From Azolla caroliniana (taxonomy: Eukaryota; Plantae; Polypodiophyta), in contig JBHGNT010000014.1 of the NCBI GenBank assembly GCA_043228905.1, positions 18,600,001-18,664,000 on the forward strand: 64,000 bases of DNA, given 5' to 3'. Positions within the stretch are counted from its first letter, which is position 1; each line of letters opens with the position of its first letter. Of the stretch, positions 12,650 through 23,897 are shown in pieces. Position numbers and translations under genes: made by a program. The notes under the pieces are model-generated. The model ran no database searches and was not told the DNA's origin. It saw nothing but the letters and a program-made list of their open reading frames with translations.

Positions 12650-13010
12650 CGATGGAGAAACCCTGATAGAAGGTAAGTGGGTAGTTGCCTCATCTTATCA
12701 AAGCAACCTAAATCAAATTTAGGCAATGAATCATACGATGGAGAAAACGTGATAGAAGTTAAGTGGTTAGTTGTGTCGTCTTATCAAACCAACCTAAATC
12801 AAATTTGGATTTTACTAGGTGCTTGTGATGAGACCATGGAAAAGGGATATGGTGTTGAGATGGTTGTAGATTCATGATATTTTCAACTGGAGTTGGGTGT
12901 GTCGTTGCATTATCTTATCAAAGAAGCCTAGAAAAATTTTGGGTTTTAGTAGGTGCTTGGGATGATACCTTGGAAACAAGATGTGGTGTTTGCTATGGTT
13001 GTAGAATAGT
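12650..13010 (+). repeat. Degenerate tandem repeat (2-3 partial units)
   Basis: Recurring GATGGAGAAA..GATAGAAG.TAAGTGG.TAGTTG, TCTTATCAAA..A.CCTA.A and TAGGTGCTTG.GATGA.ACC.TGGAAA..TGGTTGTAGA. Confidence 0.7.
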
Positions 13011-14853
13011 GATTTTCAAAAAGCTTCAGGGATAGTTGAGAAAACCAAATCTTTAATAAGGTTGTGTTCACAAGGTGTAGATGGAAGCCTTGGTAAAAGA
13101 GAACATGATGCTAGTGTGGTACTAATGAAGCTTGAGAAGTGTGAAAGGCAACCTTATGAAAGATTGCATTGCATTCCTCATGCAAAGAGGTAAGGGGGAA
13201 CCTAAGGCTTTTAAGACTATAGTCTTGGACCAAATTTGAATAAGGATACATTCACAAAGGCATTCGAAGTAAAGTGTTGCAGGAAATATTTCATAAGGGG
13301 TGGATTGACTAGGCAAGATGTGGGCAAGAGAATAATGTAGTTTTGTAAGGTAACCAATGACTTGGAAAACAATAGAATATATGATTGGTAGATACAAACC
13401 TACAATTGCATAGTCCGAGGGTGAATCTTAATAATAAATTGAAACATGAACATATAACATGTATAAAACCATGAATGCACGCAATACATAGTGATTTATT
13501 GAAATAACGTAGTGAGTGTAAGGCTTCATGAATGTAATGATTTCTTTTTGCTTTAAAAGGAATTGGAAAAGCCAATAAGGAAGTACAACAATAGTCACTC
13601 ATAGAAGAAATTTGGGTGGACCATGGCACATATTCAGAGGGTCAATTGCATCAAGATCAACAATAGCAAATAAGAAATCAAATTTGAAGAATGTCACTAA
13701 GCCCACTTATTCACTCACCATTGTGTGATTACACACGCGTATACTCTATATGTGAACACATGCATTTAGACATAAATATTTAAAGAAATAAACAAATAAA
13801 CAAATAAATAAAAATGCACTAAACAAGTTTAAATCCCAATTTAAACAATAAACACCTGATAAATGAGATCTTATACAATTTCTGCAATTCTATGGAAACT
13901 CTGATTACGAGGTAAAAGAAAAGTGCTTGTGTGATGATGCATATATAATCCAAGTCTCATATTCATGTCCTACATTCTAAACCTATATTCTACCGAACAG
14001 ATTACACTGTCACCCACTTTGCATGTCAACCAACCAACCCTACAAATTAAACTCTTTCAATAGGTCAAATAACAAAAACAAACATCATCGATATGCATTG
14101 CAGACAAGAGCAAGCTCCACACAACATTAATCATGTTGCTTCAATTTGACACTTAATCATGATGATGAAGTACAAAGTAATAACAGCCAAACTGATCAGC
14201 ACAATTGATAAACTCATAATCTGAAACAGCTACCGGCATATATAGATTAGCAAGAAATCACTTTCTCTAGCAAATGGAAGCTTTTGATAGGGAAATCTTA
14301 TTTAGTTTCATGTTCATGAACCAAATAGATCAAATGAGGTGATGGGATATTAAGAGAGAACCACCAGAGCCGTACCAATCTGATTTCTGATAGGGCAAGA
14401 TTTCTAGGTAATAAGGGAAACTCGTGTACAGTTCTAATCTGGCAAATAGAGTTGTGCCCCAGTCTGGTTTCTACTGGAACAAAAATTCTTGATAATAAGA
14501 GAAATTAACTCAATCTACATAGATCAAAGTAATTTTATTAAACTTTGAAATTTTGAACTTTACCATTTTGTTCAAGGTCTGATCCTGGTTTTAATCATAA
14601 TTACCATTTGTTTCGTCTGTAAAAGTACTAATTCTAAAGAACCGTTTTAATCATAAAACTAATTCTAAAAGAATTATCGGCATGTTAAAATCTGCCTTCA
14701 ACCATCAGATGCATTATGAATTTCACAAAGAAGTAGATTCCTACATTTTCAACATACCAATTTAAACTTTACATTCAGTAACAAAATGCAGTGGTCAATA
14801 CAAAACATTTATACAGAACTTTTTTCAAGATAAAACTCCACTTTCTTCACTCT

Positions 14854-17800
14854 TCACTCCTGAAAGGTCACCACTATTTTCCCTGTAGCATGTCCCTCTA
14901 TACTTCTCACCCATGATTCTTCAGCCTTTCCAAAAGGATGCTGTGAATCTACAATATTTCTCAACTTCCCGTCTTTCACCAATTCACCCAACAACTTCAA
15001 ATCTTCTGCATTTGGTGATGCCATGAAAGGAACAAGCTTCTGCTTCGAAAATGTGACCTTTTTGAAAATTGTATGCACAATTGACTTGAAATTTGGGGTA
15101 AGATCTATCACTTTGCCATTAGGTGTGAGTGTGGAGCTAAACTTAGACCATGGAATACCTGTTGCACAATGGATAATAGCATCATATTTAACTCCGGATG
15201 GACTCTTCAAGGCATCTCCTTCTGGTGACTTATAGTCCAATACCTCATTGGCACCAAGACTTTTTACTAGATCAATATTTCGCGCTCCACAAGTAGCTGT
15301 CACATGTGCTCCGGTGAGCTTTGCAATCTACGCATATATTGATCAAGAAAAACATTACATGATGTTTATCAAATAATCATTATTTTGAAGAGACACATTG
15401 TGAAATTGAAGATACACATTGTGAAATTTTGGAAGGCTAGCCCAAATTTGGGTTTGCATAAGCTAATGATTCAGCCAACCACTGATCCACAAATGGCATG
15501 GACTTGAAGAGCATTAACCAATTAAGATCCAGTCTTTTCTAAGTGAACAGTGGATCTTTGTATTTCATCCTATTTTGGTATTTGAGAATAGCATTGGAAA
15601 AAGCATCTAGAAGTTTGATTTCATATGATACAAAATCTTAAATTTCATCCTATTTGGTATTTGAGACATGAGTGCAAGATGCAATCAAATTTAATAAATG
15701 AAATAGATTACTGACCTGAACGGCATATATGCCAACACCACCAGATGCTGCAGTAATAAGAAGATTGGCTTTACTTGTTCCATCAAGTTTTATCCCTGCT
15801 CCATTTGAGTCACGAATGGCTTGTAAGGCAGTAATAGCTGCGACAGGAAGAGAACATCCATCTATAGCAGTGACACCTTCAGGTCTTTTGGCAGTGTATT
15901 TAAGAGAAGCAATAGCATATTCAGCAAATGCACCTCCTTTCTATACACAAAACACAGCCGATCAAGCAGTTGGCAGTGTATTTAAGAGAAGCAATAGCAA
16001 ATTCAGCAAATGCACCTCCTTTCTATACACAAAAAAAGCCAATCAAGCAGATTGTCACACATACCAACTCTATATAAACTACAAAATTGCTCTCTGGTAA
16101 TTAAAATTTGGGGAACAACTCTGAAATATTGCTGTGGTTAATTCTATACTTGAGCAAATGCCTGTGTAAACAAAAACATTTTTTTCCATAACTTATAGTA
16201 CGTACATAAACAGAAATATGGAAACAAGGCAATCTATTACAAGGTACTGCTACATAGGTAATAGTATATACATCAATCGATATATGTTAAATTTTCAAGA
16301 CCTGGCCACCTTACACTCGCCTCACACAACATTTAGCTTTGTCATCTGGTCAATTCCCAGTATTATATAACCTACCAAGGAAAGATATTTACATTCAATT
16401 CAAGCCAGCTTATAACTTTATCCCCTAGTGAGAATGTATTCACTCCAGGGCCCACTGATACAACCTCCCCTGCGATGTCTGTCCCTGAAAACAGAAACAT
16501 ACTTCGTTAATTTGTGATCATAGGATTATTGGTATGAAACTCCAAGAAATTTGGTTTCATAAATTTAAATATTTATCCAGCACCATTTTAAAATTAAGTT
16601 CTCTTAATCATGTCAGTGCATACTACTTCATTTTAAGTACGTTTTGAATGACAGTACATTCAAGCTGAATGTAGACCAGGTTCTATAAAACCAGAAAGGG
16701 AGACACAGTTTTTTGTCTTAGGATAAAAGGGATAATAATTTCATAGATCTACTCTCAACAACAAAACAATGGGTCTTGTGTCCCCACAATGTGAAGCAGG
16801 ACATAGACAAAAGCATTCAAATGTAGGGCAAGTAAAAAAACCTAGAGTTTTTGGCTCTCTCTCTCTCTTTCTCTCTATCCATCTATCAAGATTAGTGTTA
16901 AGTGTTTCACTCTACACCTCACACCAATAACCTGTTGTGGAGAGGAAGGAGAGAAATAAGAAGATGACAAACGGAGGATGAAATAAGGATGAGTAAAGAT
17001 GAAGGTTAAGAAAGATACAAAAGAGAAACTTGTATTAATTGAAGATGAAATAAAGGAGTGTAGTCCAAACTAGTTTTGCTCTAAATGACTGAGCTCTTAA
17101 ATGGACCTAGGTGCTTGCTTAAAAATACAATCCATTATACAGCAAACATTTCTGTGCCTTGTTCATGTACTCTTGAAGAGAAAAGTGGATACTACAAAGT
17201 ACTGGGCTGATACACACCATGCAATCAATATAGCACATAGAAAATGTATCATTCATTACATTACCTTATGATATAGCCAAGGGATACCCTCATAGTTCCA
17301 ATCAATCAACATAACAAGGACGTGCATATTGGAATCACTAGGAAAATAAGTCTAGCCCTTCTAGAATTTGTGCATCAGAATAACACATTGAAACCAGATC
17401 ATCTCATGAGATTACCTCATGATAGAAAAAACTCATATACACAAAACCCATATACCATGGAGGCACAATAAGTTGTGAACACCTAATAAATACATAAATC
17501 ATACATCATGGAGACATGATATGTTGTCAACATCTAATGCATACACAAGTGGAGCAGTACCTGGAACATATGGAAATTTAGACGGAATGAAAGGACGGAT
17601 AATTCCCTTCTGGATCTTCCAATCTATCGGGTTAACACTTGCAGCTTCGATTTTCACTAAAATTTCTCCAGACTTTGGTGTTGGCACAGGAATTTCTACG
17701 TGCTACATAAATCATCAACATTTGCAATCAGAAAAGAAATCACAAATACATTAACAATACAAGCATGCCCAGCAATTGATATCAATGGATAAACGACACA

Positions 17801-19061
17801 TATTCTTCATGTTCACGTTTTCCAGATAATAGCATTTTCTAGCATAAACCCAAATTGAGAAACATATGCAATCTTCCAAATTTTGAGCTGAAGACCACAG
17901 TTTTGAACATCTTAACTTTGCAGTTCATTTCAACCTCGACATATTCTATGTAGTATTTCTGAAGTAGTATCCTAACCTCTTGGTTAATAACCTTGCTTAG
18001 AAAAATAAACGTTTCTACATTTCTTGAGATACCTGGAAACCAAGATATTAGCGCTTTCTTTTAAAATACCTACACTAAGAAAACAAAAGGTGCTAGTCGC
18101 AAGTTACATCTAGTATTTCTGTTGACATTTTGGTTAGACTTAAAAGAAAGTATTCTGACAATCCCCAGATCCCATCTGGTAATTCAATTGAGATGCGTTG
18201 ATTTATAGGGAAAACAATAAACTAGAGTTGTAAAAATCTGATATTTCTGTTGAAAAACCTGGACTAAGAAAATAAATTCTCGCAGTTCACATGTTTCACC
18301 TAGTATTTCTCATCATCCATATACTAACACAATCAAGTTTTATTTCTAACAGTTCTTCAATTATACTTGGTATCAATAAATACGGGTAGTATTCTGACAA
18401 TCCCCAGATCCCATCTGGTAATTCAATTGAGATGCGTTGATTTATAGGGAAAACAATAAACTAGAGTTGTAAAAATCTGATATTTCTGTTGAAAAACCTG
18501 GACTAAGAAAATAAATTCTCGCAGTTCACATGTTTCACCTAGTATTTCTCATCATCCATATACTAACACAATCAAGTTTTATTTCTAACAGTTCTTCAAT
18601 TATACTTGGTATCAATAAATACGGGTAGTATTTGAACAATTTTTATTCGATAATCTTCACTGGAAGAAGAATTCCAGGTATGCCAGAAAGCGCCATCAAC
18701 ATTTCTGTTAAAAATGTCAAGATCTACACAAAAGTGATTTCTAACCAGTATTTACTGTTGATTATTGGGCTAGACTTAAAAGGAAAAGTTTCTAACAGTT
18801 CTGAGATTCCATGTTTACGTTTTGCATTGAAATGCCTAGAATTTTAAGCACGCAAAATCAGATAGTATCCTTGCCATATCTACATTTCGGATAAAGATTA
18901 GACCTGTTGAAAGACAAAGGCTGGCCTTAACCTAAGGGGAGGAAGAGAAATTTCTGGGCCTTAGTACAAAAGAGAAAATTGATGTTTGTAACCTTGAGAG
19001 AAGAAGCACCTCCGCCATAGGATGAATACTGCACGGCCTGCATAATCTTAGAGCTCGCCAT
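14854..19061 (-). CDS. ceQORH: Chloroplast envelope quinone oxidoreductase homolog (MDR/zeta-crystallin family), about 333 aa, intact
   Basis: Exons 19061-18993, 17702-17561, 16484-16393, 15940-15716 and 15327-14854 total 1002 nt and stay open. Motifs: MQAVQYSSYGGGA, EAASVNPIDWKIQKG, PGTDIAGEVV, LLITAASGGVGIYAVQIAKL, VTATCGARN, EVLDYKSPEG, GHATGKIVV. Confidence 0.93.
15889..16050. repeat. 82-bp tandem duplication spanning the intron 3 acceptor and start of ceQORH exon 4
   Basis: TGGCAGTGTATTTAAGAGAAGCAATAGCA.ATTCAGCAAATGCACCTCCTTTCTATACACAAAA..AGCC.ATCAAGCAG occurs twice, offset by 82. Confidence 0.93.
18149..18631. repeat. 239-bp apparently perfect tandem duplication in ceQORH intron 1
   Basis: TATTCTGACAATCCCCAGATCCCATCTGG...TAAATACGGGTAG starts at 18151 and again at 18390. 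Confidence 0.95.
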
Positions 19062-19110
19062 AGCACCACAATACAGACAGACCGGACGATGACGAGAAGA
19101 AGGCCGAGAC

Positions 19111-19154
<44 letters not shown>

Positions 19155-19407
19155 GCCGCCCCAAGTTAAAAGTCTCGGTATCTCTCACACTCTGGTTTCA
19201 CACTTGTCCGGACAAAAACATCCGAACTTATTATTTTGACGATGAGATGCGTGATTTCACACTTGTCCGCCCAACAGAACAACAGCCCACCGGCTCCCCC
19301 CCCCCCCCCCCCCCACACACACACATTTCTCGTGTGCTGTTTCATCGTATAACTTTGACTATATATGTTTATAAAGTGTGTATTTTAATGAAAGTACTAA
19401 CTATAAG

Positions 19408-20185
19408 CATATATTGACACATCCGTGATATTCGCAATATGTATTCGATCGACGAAATGGCCCCAAGAACATTATAAATACCATTCGTATGCCAGTATCC
19501 TTACATATATGTCAATATTCTGAACAATGATCATTTTTGCACTCTAAGATGAAAGAGGTTGACAACCAATGAGGTTTTGTCTATTTGAAACATTAATGAC
19601 AACAAAATATGTATGTTAATCATGTCAAACATCATTTGAATTGTGCTCTAGTCATCACTATTGAATGATCAGATAGACTTTTAAGCATAGCTATTGCATG
19701 TCGAAACTTTGTGAGGGCATATTATGATCAACATGAACACCCAATATGAATACAATTGTCTTTTGGGAAGAATATGTACACATAGTACAAATTAATTTTT
19801 AATTATTTAACCTTATTGGTGAACTTGTCCCAACTAAATTTCCAAATAGAAGATTGGATACAAAAGAAATAAATGAGATGAGAAGAGAGATTTACTGATT
19901 TCAAAGTGGCATGAATTTCAGCCAAATGCAAGAGGAGGCGAGGATGTAGGCGTCACGTAGGAGGAGGTGAAGATGTAGCCAAACCATAATTCTCTAGGAA
20001 CAAGATGTTGTTCATTGTTCGAGCTATTCAATTTTCGTTGTTCCTTGTAGGTTGTTCCCTGTTCACTGCTCTTTGAATACTCTTTTTTTTTCAAAAAAAA
20101 ACGAATACTTTTTCATGCATTCATATTCACGTTCATTTGCATTCATGGGGAAGGCCCCACGAATGCAAATATGGACCTGTCTATG
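19408..20185. mobile_element. hAT MITE, family 1, older copy about 350 bp upstream of the ceQORH start codon
   Basis: Starts CATATATTGAC and ends GTCTATG. Subterminal motifs are shared with 3347-4190 (CCAAGAA.ATTATAAA.ACCATTCGT; GGGG.A.G.CCCCAC.AATGC). TSD ACTATAAG / ACTACAAG. Confidence 0.85.
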
Positions 20186-23124
20186 ACTACAAGTAACACC
20201 ACTAAAGTTCCATAAACATTAATTAAATATAAAATGTTGCATTTTTAGTGTATTTTAATAAAGTATATGTAATGTCATTAAATTTCCATAAACCTTAAAA
20301 ATACAATATTGCATTATTATGAAGTTATTTAAAAAATTATTATCTCTTCCAGATATGTTTCTAATGACAATGCATACAAGCTGAATGTAGATCAAGTTTA
20401 GGTTCCATAAAACCAAAATGAGAGACTCAATTTTTGGTCCCAGGATAAAAGGGATATTACAAATGAATAATCTCATAGATCTACTCAACAACAAAACAAA
20501 GGGTCTTGTGTCCCCACAATGTAAACATGGACAAAGAAAGAAAGATATATTAACATCTTTAAAGGCCAAATTTGGCCCATGAGGCAATTAGTTTACAACA
20601 AAATAGGGTGTTTACCCAATCATCAAAAATAAAATAAAATAAAAATAGAACTTAAGCCAAAAGAGTTCTAGTATTGTACAAAACATGTTACGGTGTAACA
20701 TATTCTATAAAGGAAATGACTTTGTACTAGGCCTAGTTTCATTTCCATCCAAGTCTCTCGAAAAGAAGCAGGGGGTCAAAGGGTTTCGATGTGGGTTTGA
20801 CCTGTGGTTCTGATGTAAAAGATACCCCAACCATAGCCTCTAGGCGGTGTAGCTCACGTTCCTTTATTTCTTAATTGGTTCTATACCACGTCGGGTTGCT
20901 TTGAAACCCAACATCTGCGAGCGTTTGTTTATTCTTTGGTTTTCTGCTTCATCAAGGAAGAGGTCGAGTGGTGCATGTGTGTCCATATTCATCGTCTCCC
21001 CCTGTCCATGAAAAACATCATTGGTTACATGAACTTGGTGAATATTAAAAAGGTTATTGTTACCATTTGGTAGTTTATTCTCTCTATGTTGTTTTAGCTC
21101 TAAGATATATCTGCTTGATTTCTTGATATCTAGAGTATCTAATAGTTTGGAGAGGGTCCGAGTATGTCTTGGTATTTTTCCCTTATCACGGCGTAAGTTG
21201 GACACTTGCATGTAAAGTGGTGTTCATCCTCTATCTCTATGCGACATAATCTACATATCCTTTCCTCTCTAGGGACCCCATTAGTATGACCATTCTCAAT
21301 CTCAAGTTGGTGAGATGATATTCTAAGTTGTCCAATGGCAACCCTTAGTGCATTTGGTAAGAATGTATCTAGATATTTTGGTTGTGTAATAAAACCCAAC
21401 TTAAAGAAGTGCATGAACTGTTCCTTATAGTACAATATTTTAGATGGGAGTGGCTCTAGTGGGGTGATCCATTTATACCGAGTGTAAATTTGCCATATTT
21501 CTTGGCGTATTACTTTATTACGGTCCTCGCAAGAGATTAAAGTTTTATCAATCTCGTGGTTGTACCTAAGGGGAGGTAGGTTATTAATGTCTAGGTCATT
21601 TGCAAGACACCAACTCACCATCATGTTATACCAAGAGTTAGTATATCTAGACTCATAAAGTGATCGAGATGCCTCAAAAACGTGAGATATCCTATCTTGT
21701 GGTTGGCTATGTATCTATGAATAAAAACTAACAATTGGAAGAGTGCTTCTATTAACATTGGGGGCAGACTCAACTCTGCTCTAATAATGTCATGTGGCAC
21801 AGTCGATTTGCTTCGGAGTTGACGTGATAACATCTTCACCGAAGGTCTCTCTAATTGTGTCGACATGAAGGACGGTAGACCTGGAGCCCATACTACTAAT
21901 GCATACATGAGTGAAGGGGTCACTAATGAGTCGAAGAGCCACCCCTTAGTTCGTGGCTCTTTAAAGTATGTGTGGTGGCATTGTCTCTCTAAGAGTGAGA
22001 GGGATGTATATCCTTTCGTAAGTCTATCTTTGGTTGCCTATGTCATTGAAAAATTACCTAAGTGAGCACTGAAAGTGACTCCAAGATATACATATGATCC
22101 AATTACCCCAAGTGGTATGTGAGAGAGGGTTAGGTGACACTTAGTTCTAACTCAAGCCGATGCGTGAAAGATGAGGACTTTAGTTTTCCCTAATTTCACT
22201 ACCAATCCTCATTGTGTGCAAAAGTCATCTAAGGCATTAAGGTGCCTTTGTAGGTCGTGTTTAGACTCGGAGAGCAAAACTATGTCATTTGCATTGATCA
22301 AGATACTAACTTGCGTACCCCCAAGGACTACTTTGTTGCCTCCCTTACGAGCAATAAAATCTATGATCTCATCAATGTAGATCCCAAAAAGAGTCAGTGA
22401 TTGGGGGCAACCTTGTTTTACACCAATGGTGTTATTGAAGCAATTGGATAGGCCACTTGGGCATCATACGCAGCCAGAGAGCATCGGAGTTGGAGTATTC
22501 ACTGGAGACACATTATATGACTCCCTTGGAAAAGGTTTTGCTACCACCGAGGCGTAGGTGGGCTCTAATCTTGCCCTTGGCATCTGGAACTTACGTTCCA
22601 AATGTCGTTCGAAAAGACGGTTGTCGCATCTCACCACGCGATTGATTGCTTTGTCAATGACTTTGGTTCTTCGGGGAAGGTCAAGAGTAAATTCTTGACA
22701 TCGTTACGTAAACCATAAGGAAATTGCTCCATAAGTTCTTGGTCATCCCAAGGGATATCGAAGGCGAGTAGGCGGAAATCTGCAACGTATGTGGAGGTTG
22801 GACGATCACCTTGACGTAATCATCGGATTTTGTTGATTGTTGTATTATTCTTGAGCGCTAATAATGGTCATAGTATGAGAGAAAAGAGGAATAAGATATT
22901 AGTATGAATGGAGGGAGAAGTAAGAAGATAAAGGAAGAGAAGGATGGAAACCAAATCGGTTCAAACTGTCAGGAGCAATACTAAGACAGAGAAGTACTGT
23001 CAGGAACAATACTAAGATAGAGAAGGAATTAGTACTAAACGATGAGGATTAGTACTAAGGGAGGTGTAGAACTCTCGAGAGAAGGAAAGAGTGAGGGAGA
23101 GGGAGGGAGGGAGGGAGGGAGAGA

Positions 23125-23752
23125 GAGAGAGAAAGAATGATGATAACAAAATATATATATTATGTTAAGAGAATATACAATAGTAGCTAGGAGGCTTAAG
23201 ACTAGCGTTGAACCGATTTGGTTCGAAATAATGCCTTGTGCCTCCTTTTATAGTGTTCTCAGGAGTACTCCTGAAGTTTCTCTAGAGAGAGAATGATGAT
23301 AACAAAATATATATATTATGTTAAGAGAATATACAATAGTAGCTAGGAGGCTTAAGACTAGCGTTGAACCGATTTGGTTCGAAATAATGCCTCGTGCCTC
23401 CTTTTATAGTGTTCTCAGGAGTACTCCTGAAGTTTCTAGAGAGAGAGAATGATGATAACAAAATATATATATTATGTTAAGAGAATATACAATAGTAGCT
23501 AGGAGGCTTAAGACTAGCGTTGAACCGATTTGGTTCGAAATAATGCCTTGTGCCTCCTTTTATAGTGTTCTCGGGAGTACTCCTGAAGTTTCTAGAGAGA
23601 GAGAATGATGATAACAAAATATATATATTATGTTAAGAGAATATACAATAGTAGCTAGGAGGCTTAAGACTAGCGTTGAACCGATTTGGTTCGAAATAAT
23701 GCCTTGTGCCTCTTTTTATAGTGTTCTTAAGAGTACTCTTGAAGTTTCTAGA
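23125..23752. repeat. 156-bp x4 near-identical tandem array inside the gypsy LTR
   Basis: Unit GAATGATGATAACAAAATATATATATTATG...GTTGAACCGATTTGGTTCG...CTTTTATAG...GAAGTTTCT starts at 23135, 23291, 23447 and 23603, with only a few substitutions. Confidence 0.97.
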
Positions 23753-23832
23753 ATGTTCCAGAGAAGTCTGGAATATACATCAATTTTCTATAGTAAAACT
23801 TAAATGAAAATAATATCTTTTCTATTACAACA

Positions 23833-23897
23833 TATGGTCTAATGGTGAAGAGCTCGACCCATGTAACATAAGGTCATGGGTTCGAATCTTGCTATAT
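23833..23897 (+). other. tRNA-like Pol III promoter cassette at the outer edge of the gypsy LTR
   Basis: A-box TGGTCTAATGG and B-box GGTTCGAATC at tRNA spacing. No proper acceptor stem, so it is not a functional tRNA. Confidence 0.6.

Noticed and set aside
13100-13700. Possible coding remnant (ORFs 13122-13397 and 13309-13629)
   Set aside because: No recognisable motif or splice structure, so it cannot be supported without a search.
23125-23752. CRISPR-like array
   Set aside because: Whole 156-bp units are repeated with no unique spacers, there are no cas genes, and the context is a eukaryotic LTR.
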